DNA from: an uncultured Haloferula sp.
Lineage (GTDB): Bacteria; Verrucomicrobiota; Verrucomicrobiia; Verrucomicrobiales; Akkermansiaceae
Length of the DNA stretch: 64,000 nt
Direction of reading: 5' to 3'
Assembly (NCBI GenBank): GCA_965652295.1
Contig: CBFGTS010000001.1
Span: 480,001 to 544,000, forward strand
Shown: positions 1 to 10,050 of the stretch, one piece after another
Position numbering within the stretch: the first letter of the stretch is position 1
How the letters are laid out: every line of letters begins with the position of its first letter
Program-made: the position numbers and the translations under genes
The notes under the pieces: model-generated
Databases searched by the model: none
What the model saw: only the letters and a program-made list of their open reading frames with translations
What the model was told of the DNA's origin: nothing

Positions 1-1200
1 CTTGAGAACGCATGCCGCCAACTTGACCCTGGGTTCGATTTCCCTGACGCGGCAATCGCCTCGGTTTGCGGCTTGATGGAACAACGGTTGATTGATCGCC
101 ACGGGGAAACTGATCAACAGTCAGTCAATGCCTTGAGGAAGATCATTGATTTAGCGCTTGAGTGGGTGCAGATCCTTGAGACCCCGGGAAAGCTCGATCG
201 ATTCTACGTAGGGTCCAGTCAGATTGTGACTGGGACCTGCGTTGGAGTGGGGCGCTGGCAGCTTGGCCTTGAAAGCGAAGCCTTCGACTGCGTGATCATC
301 GACGAAGCGGCTAGATGCGGCCCGGGCGACCTGGCGGTTGCGAGCCAAGTGGCCCATCAGGTGATTCTCGTGGGAGACCACAAGCAACTGCCTCCGTTCC
401 TTGAGAAGGACGTCGTGAATCGCGTTGCGAGGGACTTGCCGTGCCCTCCCTGTCAGGTCGAGCGCAGCGACTTCCAAAGGCTGTTCGAGTCGCCTTACGC
501 TGAGTTGGCCGGTCGTACGCTGAAAACCCAGTATCGGATGAGGCAGCCCATCGGGCGGCTTGTGTCCGAGTGCTTCTATCCGGAGACAGGTGGCATTGAG
601 GCGGGACGCAAGACGAGCTCCGAGTGCTACGACAGTCTACCGGAAAGGATTTCGCGGCACGTGACATGGATCGATTCAGAGGATGGCGGAGAGGAACGAG
701 TTCGGACGAGCTTTGTGAATCGTTCTGAGATCGACCGGATCATGCAGGTTCTGGAGGAGATCGACCGCGATGAGGCTTTGATTGACGGCCTGATCAATGA
801 TGCAGCTGCGGAAGGACTTCCTGCTGCGATTGGTATTATCGCCGCCTACAAGGCTCAGGCCGACGCGATCGAGGAGAGGGTCTGGCAGTCATCGCTAACT
901 GGCAAGCTACGCCAGACCTGCAAGGTTGGCACTGTCGATAGCTATCAGGGGAAGGAGAATCCCGTGGTGATCTTCTCAGCCGTTCGATGCAATCCGCATG
1001 ATGAGATTGGATTCACGCGGAGTTGGGAGCGGGTAAATGTGTCCCTCTCAAGGGCAAGGGAGCGCTTGGTGATTGTTGGAAGCTGGAACTTTTGGGAGAG
1101 CGCCGGTGTGAAAGCCCCACTCGGCAAAGTCGTGAACTTTCTCACCGTTAGGCTCGCCGAGTCCGACGAAGGATACGCCCGCATCGCTGAACCCCTTTAA
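1..1200 (+). CDS. Superfamily 1 (UPF1/DNA2/NAM7-like) helicase, C-terminal part; 5'-truncated by the window edge
   Basis: Frame is open from base 1. Motifs VIIDEAAR (II), ILVGDHKQLPP (III), LKTQYRM, GTVDSYQGKE (V), VNVSLSRARERL (VI). Confidence 0.9.
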   Translation, partial: LENACRQLDPGFDFPDAAIASVCGLMEQRLIDRHGETDQQSVNALRKIIDLALEWVQILETPGKLDRFYVGSSQIVTGTCVGVGRWQLGLESEAFDCVIIDEAARCGPGDLAVASQVAHQVILVGDHKQLPPFLEKDVVNRVARDLPCPPCQVERSDFQRLFESPYAELAGRTLKTQYRMRQPIGRLVSECFYPETGGIEAGRKTSSECYDSLPERISRHVTWIDSEDGGEERVRTSFVNRSEIDRIMQVLEEIDRDEALIDGLINDAAAEGLPAAIGIIAAYKAQADAIEERVWQSSLTGKLRQTCKVGTVDSYQGKENPVVIFSAVRCNPHDEIGFTRSWERVNVSLSRARERLVIVGSWNFWESAGVKAPLGKVVNFLTVRLAESDEGYARIAEPL

Positions 1201-2675
1201 TGAAAATGAGTGCTTTGGAGAATTACGCGGAAGAGGAAGCGGAGTTCGTCTTCGGTTCCCGGACGATATTCATTCCCGGACGGAGTGTTGAGATCGGCTA
1301 TTCGGTAAGGAAGAAGTCAGCGTTTCCTTTGGTGGAGGAGTTGGTGCTCAAGCTCCTCAATATCGTCGGTAGCGCATCGCTGTCCGACATCGCCAAGTTT
1401 GTGGATCTGCCCGCCAAAGATCTCAGGACCGCGTTTCAGCCCCTTCTAGTCAAGGGGTTGATGATCCAGCGTGGTGATGATTTCGAACTCTCGGAGGTCG
1501 GGCGGATGCTCTTTTCGCGTTCAGATGACGACACTCCAGCCTTGACGGAATCGGAGTCGAGGGTCCACCCATTTACGATTGATGACGAGTGCGCCCTTCC
1601 CATCGTCGCACCGGATTTTAGTGAGCACCGGGCGACGGCGAAAGGGGCCTTGAAATGGCTGATCGATGACCTTAGGAAAGCCCCCAATGCTGGTGATGAC
1701 TTGCTGAGCCGCGTGCGCCGGAACTTCGGTGAGTATTTTGCGTATTTCATGCGGAATGAGGGGGACTTGGAGAAGATCAAGGAAGAGCAACTCGAGCTAC
1801 ATAAGACGGAGTATGCGAAGACTAGAAGCAGTTTTGCTGTTCCGGTGAATGTCGAAGGCGTGATCCGTAAGAACGGGCTGGTTACGAATCGAGTGCTGCC
1901 CTTAGACGAGTTCACGGCGAGACCCGAGAGCCGGATGGGGATGAGGTCCGCATTGATCGAATCCGCGAGAGTGCCCTTGGAAGATGGAGAAGCGGGTGAA
2001 ATTGAGTTCCTTCGGAGTTGCTTCGGAGAGGACTTCCTTGGTGGGATCGCGGCGAATGGCGCACTCCCGTGGTTCAAAGTGATGCCGACATTCTCCAAGG
2101 GAGATCGCACCACACTTCAGTCCGGAGGGAAAATTGCGATTGGAGAATTGAGCGTCCCAAGAAACCTGTTGCGGATCGAAGCACTTTTTCATGCGGTGAC
2201 TGAAGGAAAAGAGTTTTCTCAAGAAGCACCTCTACGAATTTCATGGTTGCGACCGCCAGTGACCTCGTGGGGAAGAAGCATTGCGTTCCTCGATGGGGTC
2301 AAGGCGCTCCGGGAGATTGGAGCGCGATTGCGAAAAGGAGCGGTTGTATTGGAGCTTTGGGAGAATCGATTTGGTTCGGAAGTCGACCTTGAACCGGAGC
2401 TCCGTTCCTATTGGCCCTGGTTTGACGATGTCCGATACTTCCGCGATTCGGAAGTCCCCAAGAGGATGGAGATGATCTTGATTGGAGAGGGAGCAGGGAT
2501 CGCCGTCACACACGCGTTCACTCCACTCCAGGCCTGCTTTCCCTGCCCAGTTGGCGTCTCCTTCTCTGAAAATGAGACGATACGAAAGCTGGTTTCGGAA
2601 AGGATCGTGCCCAATCTGCGTTCACTGCCCAAGACAGAAAAGAAGGCGAAAAAGGCTGCGAAGAAGGTCAAATAG
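1200..2675 (+). CDS. Hypothetical 491-aa helicase partner with a probable N-terminal winged helix (possibly Mokosh MkoB-like)
   Basis: Start overlaps the helicase stop (TAATG). Same lower-GC composition. N-terminal PLVEELVLKLL..SLSDIAKF..ELSEVGRMLF looks like a wHTH. No clear HxK(x4)D motif. Confidence 0.65.
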   Translation: MKMSALENYAEEEAEFVFGSRTIFIPGRSVEIGYSVRKKSAFPLVEELVLKLLNIVGSASLSDIAKFVDLPAKDLRTAFQPLLVKGLMIQRGDDFELSEVGRMLFSRSDDDTPALTESESRVHPFTIDDECALPIVAPDFSEHRATAKGALKWLIDDLRKAPNAGDDLLSRVRRNFGEYFAYFMRNEGDLEKIKEEQLELHKTEYAKTRSSFAVPVNVEGVIRKNGLVTNRVLPLDEFTARPESRMGMRSALIESARVPLEDGEAGEIEFLRSCFGEDFLGGIAANGALPWFKVMPTFSKGDRTTLQSGGKIAIGELSVPRNLLRIEALFHAVTEGKEFSQEAPLRISWLRPPVTSWGRSIAFLDGVKALREIGARLRKGAVVLELWENRFGSEVDLEPELRSYWPWFDDVRYFRDSEVPKRMEMILIGEGAGIAVTHAFTPLQACFPCPVGVSFSENETIRKLVSERIVPNLRSLPKTEKKAKKAAKKVK

Positions 2676-2713
2676 GTGATGAGTTCACGCCTTAAAGGCC
2701 GTGCCCGCACGAA

Positions 2714-2915
2714 AAGTTCCGCCTCGTCTTCGTCTGCGCCATGTGGTTGACGGGCTTCGACGCGCCGAGCTGCTCGACGCTCTACCTCGACAAGCCGATG
2801 CGCGGCCACACGCTGATGCAGACCATCGCCCGCGCCAACCGGGTGTATGGCGAGAAGGTGAACGGCCTGATCGTGGATTATGCGAACGTGTTCCAGGAGC
2901 TGGAGAAGGCCTGGC
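2714..2915 (+). pseudogene. hsdR: Internal fragment of type I restriction enzyme R subunit
   Basis: Translates to [56 protein letters not shown], the HsdR helicase motif V-VI region. The rest of the gene is absent. Confidence 0.85.
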
Positions 2916-2997
2916 GATCTACCCATGCACATGGTTGGTCTCGACTGTGGGGGATCGGCGGAGGGGGGCGCTTCCGGCGGAGAGCAGGGCAAGCTCG

Positions 2998-3062
2998 GGT
3001 AGGGCGGGCCGGCCCGGTCCGCCGAAGAGTGAAGTCGGCGCGGCGGGCCGCCACGCCCTACC
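2998..3062. repeat. GTAG-type REP/REPIN-like inverted repeat
   Basis: GGTAGGGCG (2998-3006) and CGCCCTACC (3054-3062) are perfect inverted ends around a GC-rich interior, in an intergenic position. Confidence 0.5.
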
Positions 3063-3151
3063 GGTTTGAAGCGCTGCGACGAATTTCGCCTTCATTGCTT
3101 TGGGATTGAGTATTTCTGCTTCGTCCCCTTGATCTCTGGTTCTCCCAGCCC

Positions 3152-4450
3152 ATGAGCCCTCCATCCTTTCCCTCCTTTGGCGAAGCCGTCCGGTTCTGGA
3201 GCAAGCTCGGCTGGATCAGTTTCGGCGGGCCTGCCGGACAGATCGCGATCATGCACAAGGAGCTGGTGGAAAAGCGCCGCTGGCTCAGTGAGGACCACTT
3301 CCTCCACGCCTTGAACTTCTGCATGCTCCTACCCGGGCCCGAGGCGCAGCAACTGGCCACGTATCTCGGTTGGCGCTTGCACGGCGTGCGCGGCGGAATC
3401 GCGGCGGGGGCGCTGTTCGTGATTCCGTCGGTGTTCATCCTGTTCGGCCTGAGCTGGCTCTACATGGCGGGCGGAGACGTGGCGTGGGTCCGCGGAATCT
3501 TCTACGGCCTGATCCCGGCGGTCATCGCCATCGTCGTCTCGGCGGTGAAGAGGATCGGTTCGAAAGCGTTGAAGACGCCGGCTCTCTGGGCGCTGGCACT
3601 GACCTCCTTCGTGGCGATCTTCGTTTTCAAGATATCGTTCGTGCTGATCATCGGTGCCGCGGCGCTGGCGGGATTCCTCGGGAGGAAGAGCTTTCCGAAG
3701 CAGTTCCCGGCAGGCGACAGCCATGCGGCGGCGGGCGGCGGCGGTCCTTGTCTCGCGCTGCCTCCCGTTCCAAAGGGTGGGTGGAGGCGTGCCTTGAAGG
3801 TTTCGTTTCTCTGCCTGCTCCTGTGGTGGGTTCCGGTGTTCGTCCTGGGCTGGCTTCGTGGCTGGCACAGCGTTCATTTTCAGGAGGGGTTGTTTTTCAG
3901 CAAGGCGGCGTTGGTCACCTTCGGCGGGGCCTATGCCGTGCTGCCTTATGTCGCCCAGATGGCGGTCGAGCATCACGGATGGCTGAGCCAACGGCAGATG
4001 ATGGCGGGGCTCGGGCTTGCCGAGACCACCCCGGGCCCGCTGATCATGGTGCTGCAGTTCGTGGGCTTTGTCGGTGCGTGGCAGAACCCCGGCGGCCTGG
4101 AGCCCTTGGCGGCGGCCGCGTTGGGATCGATGATCACGACCTGGGTGACCTTCCTGCCCTGTTTCCTCTTCGTCTTTCTGGGAGCACCTCATGTCGAGTC
4201 CCTGCGGGAACGACCGGCTCTCGCCTCCACCATGACGGCCATCACGGCGGCAGTCGTCGGGGTGATTCTCAACCTCGCCATCTGGTTCGCGTGGCACGCA
4301 TTGAAACCGGAGGGCAGGGACTTTGACTGGTTCGTCGCCGCCCTGGCGGTCGCATCATGGATCGCGATGGAGCGATTCAAGCTCGGAGTCATCCCGATTT
4401 TATCCGCATGTGCCGCGCTGGGACTGGTTTGGACGATCTGGATCGGCTAA
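3152..4450 (+). CDS. chrA: Chromate efflux transporter (long-chain CHR family)
   Basis: KLGWISFGGPAGQIA, LPGPEAQQLA, TFGGAYAVL and ETTPGP motifs; two hydrophobic CHR halves. Confidence 0.93.
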   Translation: MSPPSFPSFGEAVRFWSKLGWISFGGPAGQIAIMHKELVEKRRWLSEDHFLHALNFCMLLPGPEAQQLATYLGWRLHGVRGGIAAGALFVIPSVFILFGLSWLYMAGGDVAWVRGIFYGLIPAVIAIVVSAVKRIGSKALKTPALWALALTSFVAIFVFKISFVLIIGAAALAGFLGRKSFPKQFPAGDSHAAAGGGGPCLALPPVPKGGWRRALKVSFLCLLLWWVPVFVLGWLRGWHSVHFQEGLFFSKAALVTFGGAYAVLPYVAQMAVEHHGWLSQRQMMAGLGLAETTPGPLIMVLQFVGFVGAWQNPGGLEPLAAAALGSMITTWVTFLPCFLFVFLGAPHVESLRERPALASTMTAITAAVVGVILNLAIWFAWHALKPEGRDFDWFVAALAVASWIAMERFKLGVIPILSACAALGLVWTIWIG

Positions 4451-4462
4451 TCGGCCCCGGCA

Positions 4463-5377
4463 TTACTTGACGGGCTCGATTTTCTTCAGCGTGGAAAAGC
4501 TGATCCGGCGCATGGTGTCGAGAAACTCGGTCATGTAGGCAGCGGAGGATTGGTCGGTGGTCGTGGCCGCATAGAGGTTGGCGAATAGTCCGGACTTCCG
4601 GATGGGACGCGAGACGACGTAGCTTTTATCGAGATAGGGTTGCACCGCCCAGCCGGGCATCGCGGCGATTGCGCGGTGACTCGCCACCAGCTGGAGAATG
4701 GCGACGGTGAGTTCCGTTTTGCGCCGCGGCGGCTCGACCTTCGCCGGCATCAGGACTTCGCGGATCACGTCGATCCGGTCGTCCGGGATGGGATAGGTCA
4801 CCAGCGTCTCCCGGGCAAAGTCCCTGGCGGTCAGATGGCTTTTTCTCGTGTAGGGATGGTTCCTCGCCATCAAAGCGAGCACCTCGTAGCGGAAGAGCGG
4901 GTGAAAGATCACGCCGGGGCGGGGCTTGGCCTGGGACACGATCACGAGATCGGCCGCATCGTCGGCCAGGAGTCCCACAGGATCGGGCTGGAAACCGGAA
5001 ACCAGATCCATTTCCACCTCCGGCCAGCCTTCGCGGAAGGCGTCCATGCTTGGCATCAACCAATCGAAGCAGGAGTGGCATTCCACCGCGATGCGGAGCT
5101 GACCGGCCTTGCCATCGGAGATGCGGGCGACATCGCGCTCACACTGCATGACGAGCTTCTCGACATCGTAGGCGGTGGTCAGAACCCGCTCGCCTGCGGG
5201 GCTGAGCCGCAGGGGATTGCTCTTCCGCTGGAACAGCTCGACGCCGAGGTGATCCTCAAGCGCCTTCATCTGATGGGAAAGGGCGGGCTGGGAGAGGTTC
5301 AGACGCTTTCCTGCTCTGGAGATGCTGCCCGCTTCGGCAATGGCGACCACGGACCGGAGGTGTCGGAGCTCAAGCAT
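4463..5377 (-). CDS. metR: LysR-family methionine regulator MetR
   Basis: MLELRHL..LNLSQPALSHQ HTH; the MetR-typical LRIAVECHSCFDWLMP motif; divergent from metE. Start placed at ATG 5377. Confidence 0.9.
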   Translation of the reverse strand: MLELRHLRSVVAIAEAGSISRAGKRLNLSQPALSHQMKALEDHLGVELFQRKSNPLRLSPAGERVLTTAYDVEKLVMQCERDVARISDGKAGQLRIAVECHSCFDWLMPSMDAFREGWPEVEMDLVSGFQPDPVGLLADDAADLVIVSQAKPRPGVIFHPLFRYEVLALMARNHPYTRKSHLTARDFARETLVTYPIPDDRIDVIREVLMPAKVEPPRRKTELTVAILQLVASHRAIAAMPGWAVQPYLDKSYVVSRPIRKSGLFANLYAATTTDQSSAAYMTEFLDTMRRISFSTLKKIEPVK

Positions 5378-5392
5378 GAGCGCAGGCTGATT

Positions 5393-5407
5393 ATTCGCAA
5401 AACGAAT
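5393..5407. promoter_or_regulatory. LysR (MetR) operator-like palindrome
   Basis: ATTCG-CAAAA-CGAAT is a perfect dyad containing T-N11-A, located between metR and metE. Confidence 0.6.
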
Positions 5408-5467
5408 GACCAACATAAAAACAATGAGCTACCTCGATGAGCGCGCCATCCTTTACGGTGCGGATTC

Positions 5468-7807
5468 ATGTCCAACATCCGCACTCACATTCTCGGCTAC
5501 CCCCGCATCGGGGAGCAGCGCGAACTCAAGAAGGCCATTGAACTCTACTGGAAGGGGGAAATCCCCAAGGCAGCGCTTGAGTCGGTGGGCAGGGAGCTGC
5601 GCCGGCACCACTGGAAGAAGCAGGCCGCCGCGGGCATCGACCTCGTTCCCTGCAACGATTTCTCGTTCTACGATCAGGTGCTCGATGCGAGCTGTCTCGT
5701 CGGCAACGTTCCTTCCCGTTTCGGCTGGGAGGGTGAAGGCGTCGCTCTGGAGACGCGCTTTGCGATCGCCCGCGGAGCGCAAAACGGCAGGGCGGAGTCC
5801 GGCTGCGGCGGTGCCTGCGGTCATGCCGGCTTTGCCAGCGAGATGACCAAGTGGTTCGACACCAACTACCACTACATCGTCCCCGAGTTCGAACGCGACA
5901 CGCGGTTCAAGCTCTCGGACACCAAGGTGTTCGATGAATTCAAGGAAGCGAAGGCACTGGGGCTGAATGCCAAGCCGGTGTTGATCGGCCCTGTCACCTA
6001 TCTCACCCTCGGAAAAGTTCAGGAGGCCTCCGATTCTGGGTTTGACCGCTTCGATCTGCTGGACCGCCTGCTTCCGGTGTATGAGGAAATCATCGCCCGT
6101 CTGGCAGCCGAAGGAGCGGAATGGATCCAGCTCGACGAGCCGGTGTTGGCGCTCGATCTCGACGAGCGCCAGAAAGAGAGCTTTGCCGTCAGCTACGGAC
6201 GCCTTGCCCGGGCCGCGGGTTCCGCGAAGCTGCTGGTGGCGACCTACTTCGGTGAGTTGCGCGACAACCTTCCGCTCTTCCTCGGTTTGCCGGTCGCGGC
6301 CTTGCACTATGATGCCGTCCGCGGAGCAGCGGAGGTGGACGTCCTTCTGGAAGCGTTCCCCGCCGACAAGATCCTTTCGCTGGGCGTGGTCGATGGTCGC
6401 AACATCTGGAAGAACGATTTCGACGCCTCGCTCGCCGTGCTGAAGAAAGCAAAAGCGAAGCTCGGTCCGGATCGACTATGGGTTTCCGCGTCGAGTTCGC
6501 TGCTCCACTCGCCGGTCACGCTCGCGAGCGAGAAGGGGCTGGATGGCGAACTGGCGGACTGGCTCGCCTTCGCCGATGAGAAGCTCGTGGAGATCGTCAC
6601 CCTCGCGGGACTGCTTGCCGGGGGAGGGGATCCCGCTGCTCTCGCCGCAAATCGGGAGAGTCACCAGCGCCGCCGCGAAAGCGCCCGCACCCACGATCCG
6701 GCGGTGAAGGCCCGGCTGGCTGCCATCACGCCTGCGGACAGCCGGCGGGGCTCGCCGTTTCCTCAGCGTCAGGTCCTCCAACGCGAGAAGCTGGACCTCC
6801 CTCTTTACCCGACCACCACGATCGGTTCCTTTCCCCAGACCCGCGAGGTCCGTGCCGCGCGGGCGAAGTGGAAAAAGGGGGTGCTCAACGACGCCGAATA
6901 CGAGGTTTTTCTCAAGGAGGAAACCCGCAAATGCGTCGCGTGGCAGAATGAGATCGGCATCGACATGCCCGTCCACGGTGAATTCGAGCGCAACGACATG
7001 GTGGAGTACTTCGGCGAGCAGCTCCACGGCATCGCCTTCACCGCCCATGGATGGGTCCAGAGTTATGGCAGCCGCTGCGTGAAGCCTCCGATTATTTTCG
7101 GGGATGTGAGCCGCCCGCGGCCGATGACCACCTACTGGGCCGGGTTCGCCCAATCGCTGACCGAGCGCCCGATGAAGGGCATGGTCACCGGTCCGATCAC
7201 CATCCTCCAGTGGTCCTTCGTGCGCAACGACCAGCCGCGTGAAACCACGGCGCGCCAGATCGCGTTGGCGATCCGTGACGAGGTGGTCGACCTCGAGAAG
7301 TCAGGCATCGCCGCCATTCAGATCGACGAGCCGGCTCTTCGCGAAGGGTTGCCCCTGCGCAGCGGCGATTGGGGCACTTATCTCGCTTGGGCTGTGGAAT
7401 CCTTCCGTCTCAGTGCCAGTGGCGTGAAAGATGATACACAAATCCACACCCATATGTGCTATTCGGAGTTCAATGACATCATTGGAGCGATCGCCGACAT
7501 GGATGCCGATGTGATCACCATCGAAACCTCGCGTTCGAACATGGAGCTGCTCGATGCTTTTGTGGAGTTCGAGTATCCCAACGAGATCGGACCCGGAGTC
7601 TATGACATCCACTCACCGCGGATTCCGACCGTCGGGCAGATGGAGCGTCTGCTGCAGAAAGCCCGCGAGGTGATTCCCGAGGGCAGCTTGTGGGTGAACC
7701 CCGATTGCGGTTTGAAGACCCGAGGTTGGGAGGAGGTGAAGCCCGCCCTCCTCAACATGGTGGAGGCCGCCCGCAGGCTCCGCGCCGCCGCGGTGACCAC
7801 CGTCTGA
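5468..7807 (+). CDS. metE: Cobalamin-independent methionine synthase
   Basis: [48 protein letters not shown] (Zn) and [11 protein letters not shown]. Confidence 0.97.
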   Translation: MSNIRTHILGYPRIGEQRELKKAIELYWKGEIPKAALESVGRELRRHHWKKQAAAGIDLVPCNDFSFYDQVLDASCLVGNVPSRFGWEGEGVALETRFAIARGAQNGRAESGCGGACGHAGFASEMTKWFDTNYHYIVPEFERDTRFKLSDTKVFDEFKEAKALGLNAKPVLIGPVTYLTLGKVQEASDSGFDRFDLLDRLLPVYEEIIARLAAEGAEWIQLDEPVLALDLDERQKESFAVSYGRLARAAGSAKLLVATYFGELRDNLPLFLGLPVAALHYDAVRGAAEVDVLLEAFPADKILSLGVVDGRNIWKNDFDASLAVLKKAKAKLGPDRLWVSASSSLLHSPVTLASEKGLDGELADWLAFADEKLVEIVTLAGLLAGGGDPAALAANRESHQRRRESARTHDPAVKARLAAITPADSRRGSPFPQRQVLQREKLDLPLYPTTTIGSFPQTREVRAARAKWKKGVLNDAEYEVFLKEETRKCVAWQNEIGIDMPVHGEFERNDMVEYFGEQLHGIAFTAHGWVQSYGSRCVKPPIIFGDVSRPRPMTTYWAGFAQSLTERPMKGMVTGPITILQWSFVRNDQPRETTARQIALAIRDEVVDLEKSGIAAIQIDEPALREGLPLRSGDWGTYLAWAVESFRLSASGVKDDTQIHTHMCYSEFNDIIGAIADMDADVITIETSRSNMELLDAFVEFEYPNEIGPGVYDIHSPRIPTVGQMERLLQKAREVIPEGSLWVNPDCGLKTRGWEEVKPALLNMVEAARRLRAAAVTTV

Positions 7808-7819
7808 CCCCACCAAGGC

Positions 7820-8716
7820 ATGCATATCCGTGAGATTCTTTCAGGCGGGGGGGCGAAGTTCTCTTTCGAATATTTTCCTCCGAAATCCGAGGAAGCGGCG
7901 GACGAGCTGCTGGAGACGATGGCGGAACTGCAACGGTGGTCTCCCGCCTTTGTCAGCGTCACCTATGGAGCGGGCGGGACCACCCGTAAGGCGACCCAGG
8001 GATGGGTCCTGCGTTTGTTGCGGGAGACGCGGCCCGATCCGGTACCGCACCTGACCTGCGTCGGCCACACGGAGAGGGAAATCAGCGGACTTTTGGAAAG
8101 CTATGCCGAGGCCGGAGTCTCGAACATTCTCGCGCTGCGGGGAGACCCGCCGAAGAACAGGGCCGATCTTGCGGCGGGTGATTTTTCCCATGCCTCGGAC
8201 CTGGTAGCCTTCATCCGGCGGTTCTCCGAACGCCATGGCCACGACTTCGGGATTGGTGTTGCCGGCTTTCCGGAAGGCCATCCGGCCACGCCGAACCGGA
8301 TGCGGGAAATGGATTTTTTGAAGGCTAAGGTCGATGCCGGAGCCGACTACGTCTGCACGCAGCTGTTTTTCGACAACGCCGACTTTTTCGATTTCCGCGA
8401 CCGTTGCGAGTTGGCCGGCGTCCGTGTGCCGATCCTGGCGGGCATCATGCCGGTGACCAGCCAGGGAGGTCTGGGCCGCATCTCCGAGTTGGCGGCGGGC
8501 GCGCGTATTCCGGCCAAGTTGCTCCGGGCCCTGGCCCGGGCCAACGGCGATGACAGCGCCGTCCGGCGCATAGGCGTTCATTATGCGGCGACGCAATGCG
8601 CCGACCTGCTGGATCATGAGGTGAGGGGCATCCACTTCTATACCCTCAACCGCTCCGCGCCTACGGTGGAGATTCTCCAGCACCTCGGTCTGCGGAGTTC
8701 ATCGGTAGCCGTCTGA
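7820..8716 (+). CDS. metF: 5,10-methylenetetrahydrofolate reductase
   Basis: FSFEYFPPK, FVSVTYGAGG, ILALRGDPP, KVDAGADY..TQLFFD and HFYTLN. Confidence 0.95.
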   Translation: MHIREILSGGGAKFSFEYFPPKSEEAADELLETMAELQRWSPAFVSVTYGAGGTTRKATQGWVLRLLRETRPDPVPHLTCVGHTEREISGLLESYAEAGVSNILALRGDPPKNRADLAAGDFSHASDLVAFIRRFSERHGHDFGIGVAGFPEGHPATPNRMREMDFLKAKVDAGADYVCTQLFFDNADFFDFRDRCELAGVRVPILAGIMPVTSQGGLGRISELAAGARIPAKLLRALARANGDDSAVRRIGVHYAATQCADLLDHEVRGIHFYTLNRSAPTVEILQHLGLRSSSVAV

Positions 8717-9102
8717 GCGGTAGGAGCTTTTTCATCGCTGCCGGAATTCTGGCGGTTCCTCCATCTGCTTTGCCCCCGTGGGGGCTGCTGGGGAATTCCG
8801 ACGGGGCTCGCAACGTTGGTCCATTGAGGAAGGGCGGATCTTCGAGCTGGCTCGGGTGACGGGTCGGCCGGTCGGACTGGCGGTCGGTCCGTGGGGAGAA
8901 ACCAGGTCGTTCTGACATCGTCGTTAAGATCGGACGCCCGGCGGCTATCCTAAGAACCAGTGCCAAATCCGTGAAACCGGAGAGAGCCGCGGCGGTCCCT
9001 CTGAGGCCGCGGTGTCTTGCGCCACGACCACGCCGTCTCAACGGCTCCGGCCAACGGAAGAAGGAACCATCCCCCAGACCTGAAAATAAAAAAACAGCTA
9101 AT

Positions 9103-9912
9103 ATGAAACCAAGGAAAGATCGTTCATCATCCCTCAAGCCCATCGTGGCCTCAGCTGCCGTTTTGGCCGGCCTCGCGCTGCCTGCCCAGGCGGTCGTGGT
9201 CTCGGTTTCGGGCACGAATGCGACCAACGACGCGGCGATCACCGCCTTCATCAACGCCAATTTCACGAATGTCACTTCGGTCACCTACGGCGATTACTCG
9301 AATCCCGCGAACATCCCCGTCGGCACCGAGGTTCTGATCATCGGGCGCTCGTTGAGTAGCACCTCATATGCGAATGCCACCAATTCCGCGACCTTCAATG
9401 CGCTGACCATTCCGATCGTATCCTTTACCAGCTACGTGACCCGCCCGGATGGTGGTCGCTGGGGTTGGGAAAGTGGAGGCGTCGTGGGTGAGTTCAACGA
9501 AGTGGGCAGCGAGACGACCGTCACGGCATCGGGTGCCTCCATTTTGGGCATCAATGCAGGCGCACAGGACCTCTGGACGGCCTCTGGTAGTGAGTTCGCC
9601 TTGGGTGGTGGTACGGTCGGCACCGGCACCATCCTGGCCTCGATCGCAACCAACAGTAGTGGAACCGGTATTCTCGCCGCAGGCTGGACGGCAGGCCAGA
9701 CGACCGCGGGCGGTGCCACTCTCGGTGGCAATCGACTGCTGTTCAATGCGTTCCAATCGGGCTCGGCCACGATCCTGCCCGACACTGCGGACGGCCAGAC
9801 GGCATTGGCGAACGCCATCGCGCATTATACTCCGCTGAATGTTCCAGAGCCTTCCGTGGCTCTTCTCGGCGGGCTGGGCCTGCTCGGTGTGTTGCGTCGC
9901 CAGCGCGCCTGA
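9103..9912 (+). CDS. PEP-CTERM sorting-domain protein
   Basis: Signal peptide ending AGLALPAQA; C-terminus VPEPSVALLGGLGLLGVLRRQRA. Confidence 0.9.
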   Translation: MKPRKDRSSSLKPIVASAAVLAGLALPAQAVVVSVSGTNATNDAAITAFINANFTNVTSVTYGDYSNPANIPVGTEVLIIGRSLSSTSYANATNSATFNALTIPIVSFTSYVTRPDGGRWGWESGGVVGEFNEVGSETTVTASGASILGINAGAQDLWTASGSEFALGGGTVGTGTILASIATNSSGTGILAAGWTAGQTTAGGATLGGNRLLFNAFQSGSATILPDTADGQTALANAIAHYTPLNVPEPSVALLGGLGLLGVLRRQRA

Positions 9913-10050
9913 TTCCCGCAAAACAAGTGCCTGTAAGGCTCGTCCATGGCCGCCGCGGAGTTGGGAACACCCGCGGCGGCATCTGATGGTCGATGAGCCT
10001 CCCCGGTCACAGCCTTACCAATTTCCGATTCTTCCAACCCAAAGCTCATC

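Noticed and set aside
2701..3109. ORFs 2701..3069 and 2741..3109 as real genes
   Set aside because: Only the first 60 or so codons of 2741 are HsdR-like; the remainder reads through a repeat region.
5378..5467. Cobalamin or SAM riboswitch before metE
   Set aside because: The gap is only 90 bp, has no B12 box, and is explained by the LysR operator.
8960..9020. Two hairpins (TCCG-TGAAAC-CGGA and GCCGCGGC/GCCGCGGT) upstream of the PEP-CTERM gene, suggestive of a c-di-GMP-I or SAM riboswitch
   Set aside because: The conserved junctions (GACGCAAAG for c-di-GMP-I; ATC..GAG and GCAACC for SAM-I) are missing, and short GC stems are expected at this GC content. An Rfam scan would settle it.
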